A stretch of 64,000 nucleotides of DNA from the NCBI RefSeq assembly GCF_036321535.1, contig NC_087472.1, positions 97,466,001-97,530,000 on the forward strand, in the 5' to 3' direction. The number at the start of each line of letters is the position of its first letter. The stretch's first letter is position 1. The notes below the pieces were generated by a model. It saw only the letters and a list, made by a program, of their open reading frames with translations. It was not told the DNA's origin and searched no databases. Shown here piece after piece: positions 38,236 to 50,686 of this stretch. The DNA comes from Camelus dromedarius (Eukaryota). Both the position numbers and the translations under genes were made by a program.

Positions 38236-38734
38236 CTAATCCTCAATAGTAAATTCATGCTATTCTGGGTTTTTAAACTACTAACACATTTGTTCTAAGC
38301 ATGAAGATAAAGCAATATTTTAAAACAGTCTTTGTATTCCACATGGTACTGAGGTCTATGAGGAACACCGAAGAAGTGATCCTGTTCTCTTAAGTACTAG
38401 TTGAGAAGATAATGTTATGCTTCAAGCAACAAGACAGCATGATTAAGGCCCAAAATATAAGGCAAAGACTCAGTGTATTATAAGAACAAATGATGAGACC
38501 CATTAAGGTATTAAAATATGAGATCAATTAAGTCTTAACAGTTCAATGTAATTTAGTAGAGCAAAGTGAATGAGTGACTATAGCAGAATGATTCTGAAAA
38601 TGGGGATAACATTTAATCTCCACTTCTGTTTATTTATTTTATTTTGAAAATCTCTCCAACTTCATTTTTAAAGTCCTATCCACAATTATAAATAGGGAAT
38701 CATCTCTGTTGAACTTCCCAAGGGTTACATAGTT

Positions 38735-39800
38735 TGGAGATAGAAATGGTGCTGAAAGTACACAGTTCCCATACACCCACTTATCCCCTCCCCTACAGTT
38801 TTCCCTCTTATTAACATCTTGCATTAGTGTGGTACTTTTGTTAAAATTGATGAGCCAATATTGATACATTATTATTAACAGAAGTCCATAGTTTACATTA
38901 GGGCTCACTCTGTGTTGTACATATTATTGGTTTTGACAAATGTTAATGATGTTTTCTGCCATTACAGTAGAATACAGGATAGTTTTCATTGCTCTAAAAT
39001 TCTCCCACACTCCACCTATTTATTCCTAATTCCTTATTTCCCAAACCTGTAGCAACCTCTGATCTTTTTTTGTCTCCATAGTTTTGCCTTTTCCAGAATG
39101 TCACATAACTGGAATAATATAGTACATAGCCTTCTCAGATTGGCTTCTTCACTTGGCAGTGTGCATTTAAGTTTCCATCTCTTTTCGTGGCTTCATATCT
39201 CATTTCTGTTTAGCACTGTATAATATTTCATTGTATGGATATACAACAATTTGTATATCCATTCACCTATTGAAGGACATTTTGGTTGTTTCAAGTTTTG
39301 GCAACTATTAATAAAGATGCAGGCCTTTATGAGGACCTTTGTTTTAAATTCATTTAGATAAATATCATGGAAGACGATTTGATGGATCCTACGGTAAGAA
39401 TATGTTAGTTTTGTAAGAAACTGCCAAAATGTCTTCCAAAGTGTCTGTATCCTTTTTAATTCCCACAAGCAATGAATGAGAATTCTTATTGCTCTACATC
39501 CTTTATACCCTTTGGTGTTGTCAGTGTTCTGTATTTTAGACATTCTAATAAGTGTTTGGTGTTATTGCTGTTTTAATTTACAATTCCATAAAGACATTAC
39601 ATGTTGAGCATCTATCATATGCGTATTTTCCATCTGCATTATCTTCCTTGATGAGGTGTCTATTCAATATTTTTCCCATTTATAATTACATTGTTTGATT
39701 TTTTTATTGTTGAGTGTTAAAATTACTTTGTATATTTTGAATACTAGTCATTTATGGGATGCTTTGCAAAATTTGCCTCCCAGTCTGTGTATTCCTTTTC
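38735..39800 (-). mobile_element. L1MC-like element (host; resumes at ~41583-41810)
   Basis: UTR 'attaacatcttgcattagtgtggtac...ttgatgagccaatattgatacattattattaac'; ORF 39193-39543 is L1 ORF2-like. Confidence 0.85.
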
Positions 39801-40060
39801 ATTCTTTTTTCAGTTGAAGTATAGTTGGTTTACAATGTTGTGTTAGTTTCTAGTGTATAGCATAGTGATTCAGTTATACATATATATTCTTTTTCGTGTA
39901 CTTTTCATTATACTTACTATAGGATATTGAATGTAGTTCCCTGTGCTATACACTCAAACCTTGCTGTTTATCTGTTTTATATGTAGTAGTTTGTATCTGC
40001 TAATCCCAAACTCCTAATTTACCCCTCCTCCACTTTCCCTTTGGTAACTATGTTTGTTGG
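39801..40060 (-). mobile_element. Short L1 3' UTR fragment
   Basis: 'ttgaagtatagttggtttacaatgttgtgttagtttc' through 'ttggtaactatgtttgtt'. Confidence 0.85.
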
Positions 40061-40061
40061 C

Positions 40062-41580
40062 CTTTTTATTATTTTTTTTAATTTTTACTCTTTTTATTGA
40101 AGTATAGTCAGTTTACAATGTTGTGTCAGTTTCTGGTGTACAGCATAATGTTTCAGTCATACATATAGATATATTCCTTTTCATATTCTTTTTCATTATA
40201 GGTTACTACAAGATATTAAATACAGTTCCCTGTGCTATACAGTAGAAACTTGTGTATCTGTTTTATGTATAGTAGTTAGTGTCTGCAAATCTTGAATTCC
40301 CAATTTATCCCTTGCCACCCCTTTTACTCCCTGTAACCATAAGTTTGTTCTCTATGTCTGTGAGTCTGTTTTATAAATAAGTTCATTTCTGTCTCTTTAT
40401 TTTTAGATTCCACATATAAGTGATATCATATGGTATTTTTCTTTCTCTTTCTGGCTTACCTCGCTTAGAATGACATTCTCCAGGTCCATCCATGTTGCTG
40501 TAAATGGCATTATTTTATTCTTTTTTATGGCTGAGTAGTATTCCATTTTATATATTTACTGCATTGTCTTTATCCAGTCATCTGTCAGTGGACATTTACG
40601 TTGTTTTCATGTCTTGGCTATTGTAAATAGTGCTGCTATGAACATTGGGGTACATGTATCTTTTTGAATTAAGGTTCCCTCTGGATATATGCCCAGGAGT
40701 GGGATTGCTGGATCATATGGTAACTCAATTTTCAGTTTTTAAGGAATCTCCATGCTTTTCTCCGTAGTGGCTGCACCAATTTACATTCCCACCAGCAGTG
40801 TAAAAGGGTTCCCTTTTCTCCATACCCTCTCTTATTGTTTGTGGACTTTTTAATGATGATCATTCTGGCTGGTGTGAGGTGATACCTCACTGAATTTTTT
40901 ATTTGCATTTCTCTGATAATTAGCAATATTGAACATTTTTTCATGTGCCTATTAGACATTTGTACGTCTTCATTAGAGAAATGTTTGTTCAGGTCTTCTG
41001 CCTGTTTTTGGATTGGATTGTTTTTGTTATTGAGTTGTATGAGCTGTTTGTATATTCTGGAAATTAAGCCCTTGTCAGTCACATCATTTGCAAATACTTT
41101 CTCCCAGTCCGTAAGTTGTGTTTTCATTTTGTTTACAATTTCCTTTGCTGTGCAAAAGCTTTGAAGTTTGATTAGGTCCCATTTGTTTATTTTTGCTTTA
41201 ATTTCTATTGCCTTAGGAGACTGACGTAGGAAAACATTGCTATGATTTATGTCAGAGAATGTTTTGCCTATGCTCTTTTCTGGGAGATTTATGGTGTCCT
41301 GTCTTATGTTTAAGTCTTTAAGCCATTTTGAGTTTATTTTAGTGTATGATGTGGGAGTGTTCTAACTTCATCGATTTACATGTAACTGTATAGCTTTCCC
41401 AATGCCACTTGTCAGAGACTATCTTTTCTCCATTGTATATTTTTGCTTTCTTTGTCAAAGATTAATTGACCATAGATAGGTGTGTGGGTTTATTTCTGGG
41501 CTCTCTATTCTGTTCCATTGATCCATATGTCTGTTTTTGTGCCAATGCTTCGCTGTTTTGATTCCTGTAACTTTGTAGTT
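40062..41580 (-). mobile_element. 5'-truncated L1 (~1.5 kb)
   Basis: T-rich tail and 3' UTR; ORF 40732-41127 ([12 protein letters not shown]...[11 protein letters not shown]). Confidence 0.95.
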
Positions 41581-41582
41581 AT

Positions 41583-42020
41583 TTCCATTCTCTTTCCAGT
41601 GTCCTTAAAAGAGAAAATTTTCATTTTAATGAAATCCATCTTAGCATTTTTCTTTCATAGATCACACTATTGGAGTTGTATTGGAAAAGTCATCACCAAA
41701 CCCAGGGTCACCTAGATTTTCACTTATGCTATATTCTAGGAGTTTCATAGCTTTGCATTTTACATTTAGGTGTAGGCTCCATTTTGAATTAATTTTTGTC
41801 AAGGGATTTTTTTTTTAACTACGTTAATGAGGGATATTGGTATGTAGTTTTTTGATGTCTTTTTCTGGCTTTGGTATCAGATTAATACTAGCTTCATAAA
41901 ATGAATTAGAAGGCATGTTTCCTCTTTCTGTACTGAAAGACCTTGCAAAAATTTCTGGTTTTATTTTTCATTAAATATTTGATATAATTCACAAATGAAA
42001 CTATTTTTCTTTGTGGGATT
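41583..42020 (-). mobile_element. Older L1 ORF2 fragments
   Basis: 'gtcacctagattttcacttatgctatattctaggagtttcatagctttgcattttacatttagg' and 'gagggatattggtatgtagtttt'. Confidence 0.7.
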
Positions 42021-42027
42021 AAAAAAC

Positions 42028-42420
42028 TTCTAACAGCTTTGTTTTGCAATAGTTGACATAAAATAATCTATACATATTTAAATCCTATAATTTAATAGGT
42101 TTTGACATATGTATAAACCATTACTACAATAATAGACAGATACATTACCTCCAAAATTAAATTATCCTCATGATTCTGTCTACCCCTCTCTGACCCTAGA
42201 TCCCCTGAAAAACACTGATGTTCTCTCTGTTAGTACAGATTAGTTTCCAGTTTCTTCAGTCATATAAATTGAATCATATATTGTATGTTCTTTTTGGTCT
42301 GATTTATTTCACTCATCATATTTACTTTGAGGTTTATCTCTGTTGTAGTATGTATCAATAGTTCATTCCTTTTTATTGCTGAGAAGTATTCTATCATATG
42401 GATATACCACAGTTTTGTTT
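42028..42420 (-). mobile_element. L1MB-like 3' UTR (host; resumes at ~43844-44320)
   Basis: Ends 'atggatataccacagttt' and continues after the insert with 'atccattcatctgttgatg'. Confidence 0.8.
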
Positions 42421-42760
42421 TGTTGTTTTGTTTTTAACTTTTTTTTTTTAATTATACTCAGTTTACGATGTGTCAATTTCCAGTGTAGAGCACAATTTTT
42501 CAATTATACATGAACATACATATATTGATTGTCACATTCTTTTTCACTGTAAGCTACCACAAGATCTTGTATATATTTCCCTGTCCTATACAGTATAATC
42601 TTGTTTATCTATTCTGCATATGCCTGTCAGTATCTACAAATTTCAAACTCCCGGTCTGTCCCTTCCCACCCTCCTCCCCCTTGGCAACCACAGTTTGTAT
42701 TCTATGTCTGTGAGTGTTTCTGTTTTGTATTTATATTCTTTTCTTTCTTTTTTTTTTCCT
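42421..42760 (-). mobile_element. Young camelid-type L1, 3' UTR only
   Basis: Same UTR as the copies at 2069 and 19291 ('ccagtgtagagcacaattttt'). Confidence 0.9.
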
Positions 42761-42780
42761 TACCTACTTCTCATATTTGG

Positions 42781-43079
42781 TTTTTTTTTTTTACATTTTT
42801 TTAATTGCATTATAGTCATTTTACAATGTTGTGTCAAATTCCAGTGTAGAGCACGATTTTTCAGTTATACATGAACATACATACATTCATTGTCACATTT
42901 TTTTTCCTTTGTGAGCTACCATAAGATCTTGTGTGTATATTTCCCTGTGCTATACAGTATAATCTTGTTTATCTATTCTACATTTTGAAATCCTAGTCTG
43001 TCCCTTCCCACCCCCCTCCCCCTTGGCAACCACAAGTTTGTATTCTATGTCTATGAGTCTGTTTCTGTTTTGTATTTAT

Positions 43080-43111
<32 letters not shown>

Positions 43112-43840
43112 GATTCCGCATATGAGCGATCTTATATGGTATTTTTCTTTCTCTTTCTGGCTTACTTCACTTAGAATGACATTCTCCAGGAATGTCCATG
43201 TTGCTGCAAATGGCGTTATGGTGTCATTTTTTATGGCTGAATAGTATTCCATTGTTTAAATATACCACATCTTCTTTATCCAGTCATCTGTCGATGGAAA
43301 TTTAGTCTGTTTCCATGTCTTGGCTATTGTAAATAGTGCTGCTATGAACGTTGGGGTGCAGGTGTCTTTTGAATTAGGGTTCCTTCCATGCCCAGGAATG
43401 GGACTGCTGGGTCACATGGTAAGTCTATTCCTAGTCTTTTGAGGAATCTCCGTACTGTTTTCCACAGTGGCTGCACCAACCTGCATTCCCACCAGCAGTG
43501 TAGGAGGGTTCCCTTTTCTCCACAGCTTCTCTAGCATTTGTCATTTGTGGACTTTTGAATGATGGCCATTCTGACTGGTGTGAGGGGATACCTCATTGTA
43601 ATTTTGATTTGCATTTCTCTGATAATTAGTAATATTGAGCATTTTTTCATGTGCCTATTGATCATTTGTATTTCTTCCTTGGAAAATTGCTTGCTTAGAT
43701 CTTTTGCCCATTTTTGGATTGGGTTGTGTTTTTTTCTTATTAAGTCGTATGAGCTGCTTATATATTCTGGAGATCAAGCCTTTGTCAGTTTCATCTTTTG
43801 CAAAAAGTTTCTCCCATTCCGTGGGTTGTCGTTTTGTTTT
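42781..43840 (-). mobile_element. Young camelid-type L1, 5'-truncated
   Basis: 3' UTR plus ORF2 end ([29 protein letters not shown]). Confidence 0.95.
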
Positions 43841-43843
43841 GTT

Positions 43844-44640
43844 CTGTTCTAATCCATTCATCTGTTGATGTACCTTTCGGTCTCTTTCCTGTTATGGGCC
43901 ATTATAAATAAAGCTGTTATAAACAGTTATACAAGTCTTTGTATGGAGATGCACTTTCATTTTTCTTGGGTTATACCTAGGAGGGGGATGGCTGAATCTT
44001 ATGTTAGGTGAATGCTTGGCTTTTTAAGAAACTCCTAAACTTTTTTCCAAAGTAGCCACAACATTTTGCCTTCCATCCATCGGTGGATGAGAGTTATAGT
44101 TATTCCACATCCTTGCTAACCATAGGTATGGTCAGTCTCTTTAATTTTAGACTTCCTCAATGGTCTGTAGTGGTTTCTCACTATGGTTCTTTTTCCTCAT
44201 GACTAATGATGTTGACATTAGTCAACATGTGGTTTGACTTCATTTTGTTTCATGTGGTTATTTACCATCATGCCTTTTCTGATGAAGTGTTTGTTGAAAT
44301 TCTTTGCTTGTTCTTTTGTTATTGTTGTTAATATTGTTGGATTGGATTTGCTAAAATTTTGTTTAGAATTATTGCATTTATGTCCTTGAGGGATATTAGT
44401 CCTTAGTTTTCTTACAAGATTTTAGCTGTTTTTGGTAATAACATAATGATGGTCTTAATGATGGTCTTAGTGGTGAGTTAAAAAATATTCCCCCGTCTTC
44501 AATTTCTGGCTGATTTTGTATAGAATTAGTAGTATTCCTTCTTTAATTGTTTGGTTATTTACCATTGAAGCCATCTGATCCTGAAATTATCTTTGCAGAA
44601 AGGAATTTAACTTTCAATTTCTTTAATAAATAAAGGGTTT
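43844..44640 (-). mobile_element. Older L1 fragments (L1MB continuation and L1M ORF2)
   Basis: 'ttattccacatccttgctaac' and 'ttggatttgctaaaattttgtttagaatt...gagggatattagtcc'. Confidence 0.7.
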
Positions 44641-45085
44641 TTCTCTAGGTCTATCTATGTTACTGCAAATGGCATGTAGAGATTATCATACTAAGTGAAG
44701 AAAGTCAGAAACAGAAAGACAGATACCGTATGGTATCACTTATATGTGGAATCTAAAATATGCAAATGAGCTTATTTACAAAACAGAAACAGACTCATAG
44801 GCATAGAAAACAAATATGGTTACCAGAGGATAAGGGGTAGTGGGTAATAAATTAGGAATTTGGGATTAGCAGATACAAATTACTCTATATAAAATAGATA
44901 AACAACAAGGTCCTACTGTATAGCACAGAGAACTATATTCAATATCATATAATAAACCATAATGGAAAAGAATATGGAAAAGTATTTTACGTATGTATAT
45001 AAAACTGAATCACTTTGCTCTACACCAGAAACTAACACAACATTGTAAATCAACTATACTTCAATAAAAAATAAAATCTAAAAAT
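44641..45085 (+). mobile_element. Short L1 with a 35-bp 5' inversion
   Basis: 44641-44675 is antisense to the MPFAATWMDLE-type region. From 44677 the plus strand reads EIIILSE..., then 3' UTR, aataaa and an A-rich tail. Confidence 0.9.
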
Positions 45086-45420
45086 AGGGTCATTCAGGTT
45101 ACCTATTCTTCAGAGAACTGTGGCAGTTTGTGCTACCAAGTGATCTGTCCATTTTATCAAAGTTTTAAAATGTATTTGCACAAAAATATTTAAAATATTT
45201 CTTCACAGGCTATTAGAAATGTGATATTTAGTTTCCGAATATTTGGGGATTTTATAGAAATCTTTTTGTTACTGATTTCTAATTTCATTTAATAGTGGTC
45301 AGAGAATATATTTAATGTGACCTGAACTCTTTTAATGTTGTTGAGACTTATTTTCTGACCTCGAATATGGTCTATCTTTGTAAATGTTCCCTATTCACTT
45401 GGAAATAATTTGTATTCCAT
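45086..45420 (-). mobile_element. Old L1M ORF2 fragments (host resumes)
   Basis: 'agggtcattcaggttacctattctt' and 'gttgagacttattttctgacctcgaatatggtctatctttgtaaatgttcc'. Confidence 0.65.
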
Positions 45421-46809
45421 TACCGCACAGTTAAAGAGATTCACTCTATACTGACCACATCAGTGAAGCTGTCAGCCCTCTTGGCCTGCCCTGCTCTGGC
45501 AGAACCTCCATGCCAGTGAGGCTGAAGGGGTGTTGGGAGCATCCCAGGCAAAAGTGCCCCAGACTCCTACTATTTCTACTCAATATTCAGCAGTTTTTCA
45601 AGCATAAGTGCTTCTTACATTGTTATATGCCTTTGGACTACTGTCATAGTACTGAAATGGTTGTTTTTGTCAATTTTCTTCAGCTTTTTGGTTGCTTTTG
45701 GGAGACAGGATTTGCCAAACTGCCCATAGCCAGAGAATGATTTTGGGCTATGGTGTTTTAGACGAGTGGGAAAGTTTTGAGGCAGTACTCCTTTACAAAA
45801 TTATTTTGTTCCTCCAAAATCCAGGGTAGTTTCTCCAAGTTTTGCACTAGCAGCTGAGAGAAAAAGACACGTACCTATAGATAAAATGTAACTACAGTTA
45901 GCCTGTTTTGCAAAGTGTGCATTGGAATTGACAAATTCCTTGTTAATTAGCAGATTTTTTTGCATATATGCTCAGTAATAATTAGCAGTTGAGCTCCAGA
46001 AGTAACAGATATTGTACAGAAAAATACAATGGGCATAGTCTCTGTTATTTAGTCTCTACTTTTGAGCATTTGCTTACAGTACAACCAAGATGTCAGTGTG
46101 GCATTTTCTTTGAGGCAAGTTTTAAGAGATCTTTTCCCTGTAGAATATCATTGATGGTACACTGAGCTGTGATACGGATAAGGATCAGTGGATAACAAAG
46201 AACCAGAACAAAGATAGAAGCAAATCAGGACATAACATTTCCTTCACCTACTCATAGCTAAGTCTTTTTCTAGATCCTAGAAAGTCTGGATTGGAGTTAA
46301 TACCATTTACACTATACCAGTACTTGCTAATAATTATATTTCACATATTTGTACAAGATACAATTTGCATATCTTATATACAAATATATGATCAAGACTA
46401 TCAGTTAAAGTATCTGGGTGTAGTGAGGTTACATACTAAATTGCATGTTTATATCTAGTAGAGGTGCAAATAATTTCTGTCTTGTATAATGGGTAATGCC
46501 GCAGCTTACAGTGTATTTCTCTGTAGACATTTACCAGTTTTGTATTTCACTCAGCAATCTTATCCTAATATTCTTTATTGTATTGCTACTCAAATGTTCT
46601 TTGAATTGGTCTTAACATTTTATTAGTTCCTTCACTGATTAATTTTTAGTGAAATTTTTGACATGAGAGTTATAATTTTAACATTAAAAATTATACTTTA
46701 GTAATACATATGTAGATAGAAAGATTGAGAAAGAGGGAGAAGAAAAAGGAGAGAGAAAATGTACATTATTTAGTGCACTGTGAATAATTACATTTCTGTG
46801 AGATAGATT

Positions 46810-47288
46810 TGTTGACTAAAATAAATGTGCAGCCTAAAAGTTGAGAGTTACGTTGTATTTGGCGGGAGGACTCGAGACGGGATGATAGCCTCTCAGATCA
46901 CTCTGAGGGACTGCTCCGCAGAGGTAGAGGAGGAGCTAGGATATATAGGAGCTTTACAACAAAGACCAGGTAGTTGGAACAATAAAAGATGACTTGTTAC
47001 CTAAAGAAAACAGGCATCTCAAGTTAAAGAATTTAGTGCTTTTCTATGTATGGGAGGAAGCAAACATTTGGGCTCATTGAATTCATTCCTTTGACAAGCA
47101 TCTAGCTATCTAGGGCCCAGTATCCTGTCCTTTCTTATTCTGAGTCCCCTCAGAGGGCACCATTGTGAGTGGCTGCAGAGGCCGGGCTGCAGGCTTGTCT
47201 TCACTAGCGGGTGGTGGCAGTGGCTGATGACTTGATGGCTTCAGCATTCTTTGTTTATTGATATGGTTTGCAGTATTTTTCATTCACA
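46810..47288 (-). mobile_element. ERV1-class solo LTR, cetartiodactyl MER41-like
   Basis: TG...CA termini and a perfect 4-bp TSD gatt (46806-46809 / 47289-47292); 479 bp; retains several CpGs; TATA-like tract at ~46941. Confidence 0.85.
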
Positions 47289-47499
47289 GATTCCACTATA
47301 ATTTTTCATTTTAAGACCCTAAGTTAGAAGGATCCTTTCAGATACAGTTGCTTTATATGCCCGGGTCCCAGTGACACGTACATGAGCAGCCCCTCTTTAT
47401 AGAGCAGAATAAGGTTAACATTAGAATTCCCCAGGGAGCAATGTCAAAAATACACTTACTCATGTCCCCCCTTCTCCTTCTCAGTCTGCTTCTATCACA

Positions 47500-48017
47500 C
47501 TTCGAGGGTTGGATTCAGCTGGAAGTAAGAGAAACCAAATTATGTGACTTGCCTAACTAGGAGTTTCCCTATTATTTCTCACTAACCAAGAAATTCAAAG
47601 CTGTACTACCCAGGGGAAGTACAGCTGCTCAAGGAAGTCATTTTGACTCAGACTCCTTTTTTGCTTCCTTCTCCTCCAATTTTAGAGTGAGCCTTTATTC
47701 CTCATGGTGAAAAGACATTGGCACTGCCTTTAAAAGCTATCATACCCCATCCCAGGCAAGAAGAGAGAAGGATAAAGAGCAAAACACGTATCAGCTAGGT
47801 GTGTCTCTTTTTTCAGGAAAACTATAGATTTCCTAGATGCCCATCTCAGCAGATTTCTACTTGTATCTCGTAAGGTAAACTGACTCACAGAGTCAAGTAA
47901 AGCTACAGAAGTCTAGAGAGGTGAGTATTAACGGACACAGCACTTTCTCAATAAAACCTGTGTTCTCATGAGAGGAGAATCCATATTGGATAGGCAGCTA
48001 GGTATTACAACCACCAA
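47500..48017 (-). mobile_element. MLT1 (MaLR) LTR, MLT1J/K-like
   Basis: 'ggattcagctggaagtaagagaaacc', 'cagcagatttctacttgtatctc' and 'atattggataggcagcta'. Confidence 0.6.
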
Positions 48018-48544
48018 AAGGATATTTGAATCTGGAGGATGAAGTACTTCTATATATTTTAAAAATTTTTCCCCAGCTCATTCTGGTAAGTACTCACCTT
48101 AAGCAGATTCACCATTGCTTGAATAATGGTGTCTGAACAAAACCCGTTCTTACTGAGTTTCTACATTAGAAGATCATTCAGTACTAATCATTACTTTTAT
48201 AATTGTAAATACAAATTGTTGCTTCTCTCATATTTAAAATTTCTCCTCTTCTTTTTAAATTTGTGTTTTTATTCTTTGCCTCTCCCAAGTGGCTCGCTGT
48301 TTGATGTTGTTGTTTTTGACATCGCTTCCTTAATTGCAAAAGTTTAAACCAACAAACAAAAATCATAATCCCATTGTCAAGCTAATATTAACTTTTCATT
48401 AAACTGTCAGTATTTCAAAATATATAATTAAACTTTAAGTTCTAAAATCCTTTTGTAGAGAGACTTTATTATAGTTTGGTTACTTAGCTTCAGTTTACCG
48501 GTTTTTAATTTGTTTTCTCTCTCTCTTCATACAAATGCCAAGTA

Positions 48545-48650
48545 GACAGAAGCTCACAAAGGTAGGGATCCAACTTGTTTGTTGTTTATATTGGTGTCAC
48601 CTGAGTCTACCACATATGTAGGGCTCTGTAAATCTTTAATAAATGAATGA
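48545..48650 (+). mobile_element. L2 3' end
   Basis: 'aagctcacaaaggtagggatc...tagggctctgtaaatctttaataaatgaatga'. Confidence 0.45.
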
Positions 48651-49469
48651 AAACAGTATCAAGATTGCGTTGGAGGGATCATTTTATATAGTTACCATAT
48701 GAATATTATTACCTGTCTAGCTCTTGGGAAGATTTCTTCTTTGCTGAAGCTCTGCACCTAAGATCATTTACTCAGTAACTTTTCCTTCAAAATCAAATTT
48801 ATATAGTTCTTATATAGTTTCCTGGCAGTTAGGATGATTCCTTGAGGGATAGACTCATATTTCAGAAATGTAGAATGGCATATTTTGGTCTGCTTTAGAG
48901 CGAGGTGAATACAGCAGGGAAATACTGCTACTGACTTTATTCAAGTATTTGTGAACAATTTTTGCCTTGTTATCTGATTGTAAGGTTTGTTTTCTTTTCT
49001 TTTCTGGAAGCAAATATTGTTCTGCAATTGAAAAAGCCATAAGGCTAAAAATAACCTTTCGAACCTGCATTTGTGACAATATCAGAATACCTCCTGCATG
49101 AAATAGTACTCTGGAAAAACAATGACTAAAGCCTTCTCAGATTGAATATAAAGAGACTTAAGGAAATAGCCTACATGCTTATTGTTATATATCTTAATTC
49201 CCAATGTTATTTAGTAATAAATAAAATTTTCCAGTTTAAGTTTTTCACTCATGTTTGACTTAGAAAATTATCCAAAACTTGGAAACTTCAAGTTTACTAA
49301 ACCTTGGTAAAAGAGTTTACTATTAATCTTTTAGTTCAGTTTTGGGCTTGACTTTCTATTGTCTGGCCTATCGTATGTCTCTGGAGGGGCAGAGGTTAAT
49401 TTGTACATTTTTATCCAGAAGAAATGCAAATAATTTCTGTCTAATGGAACAGATAATTCCATTATATAA

Positions 49470-49591
49470 TTGCTAGAATTAGCCAATAAAATGCATGCAA
49501 TATTAAGACATACTTAGACTGAAAAAAATTATTCATTGTTTATCTGAAATTCATATTTAACTCTCCATCCTATATTTTATCTGGTGATTCC
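49470..49591. mobile_element. MER53 MITE (mostly one arm)
   Basis: 'gacatacttagactgaaaaaaattattcattgtttatctgaaattcatatttaact...tcctatattttatctgg' matches the remembered MER53 arm. Confidence 0.8.
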
Positions 49592-50040
49592 ATTCTCAAA
49601 AGTTTCAGTTTATGGCCATGTCAGTCATTAGCCAGTTTTGTATCTAACTCAGCAATCTCATTGTAACATTGTCTATTAACACCTAACTTCTCAAATGTTC
49701 TTTGGGCTGGTTTTATCATTTTACTGATTCCCCAATTAATTAATGGATTTTAGGAAATATTTGACAGATACTAGTTTTATATGTATACAAGTGTCCCAAT
49801 TAGTCTTCTGGGGAATTATACTTTAGCAGTTTTGTAGGTCATCCACTCAGATGCCCATGTAACCTGACTTCATGGAGCCAAGTAAATTGCGTTGTTGGAG
49901 AGCATGTATACCTCATGCACAATTTCAGCCCAGTTGTCTTTTCTTAATTCTCAAAGTAAATCCCAAGCAACAGTAGAGGTTTAAATTTGTTTATTCTCTT
50001 TTTTGTTTATTTTTGCTTTTGCTTTATTTTCCCCATTGAC

Positions 50041-50686
50041 TTTTTAAAAAATGTATTTTTATTGAAGTATAGTCAGTTTACAATGTTGTGTCAATTTCTG
50101 GTGTACAGCAGAAACTTCAGTCATATAGGGACATACATATATTTGTTTTTATATTCTTTTAAACCATAATTTACTACAAGATATTGAATATAGTTCACTG
50201 TGCTGTACAGTATAAACTTATTGTTTATCTGGTTTATATATGTTAGTTAGTATCTGCAAATCTCAAACTCCCAGTTGATCCCTTTCCACCCCCTTCCCCC
50301 CTGGTAACCATAAGTTTGTTCTCTATGTCTGTGAATCTGTTTCTGTTTTATAAATAAGTTCATTTGTGTCTCTTTTTTTTTTGGATTCCACATATGAGTG
50401 ATATCATATGGTATTTTTATTTCTCTTTCTGGCTTATTTCAGTTAGAATAATGATCTCCAGGTTCATCCATGTTGCTACAAAAGGCATCATTTTATTCTT
50501 TCTTATGGCTGAGTAGTATTCCATTGTATAAATATGCCACAACTTATTTATCCAGTCATCTGTCAATAGACATTTAGGTTGTTTCTATGTCTTGGCTATT
50601 GCAAATAGTGCTGCTGTGAACATTGGGGTGCATGTATCTTTTTGAATTAAGGTTCCCTCTGGATATATGCCCAGGAATGGGATTCT
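50041..50686 (-). mobile_element. 5'-truncated L1 (3' UTR and ORF2 end)
   Basis: 'tttattgaagtatagtcagtttacaatg' through 'cccaggaatgggatt'. Confidence 0.9.
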
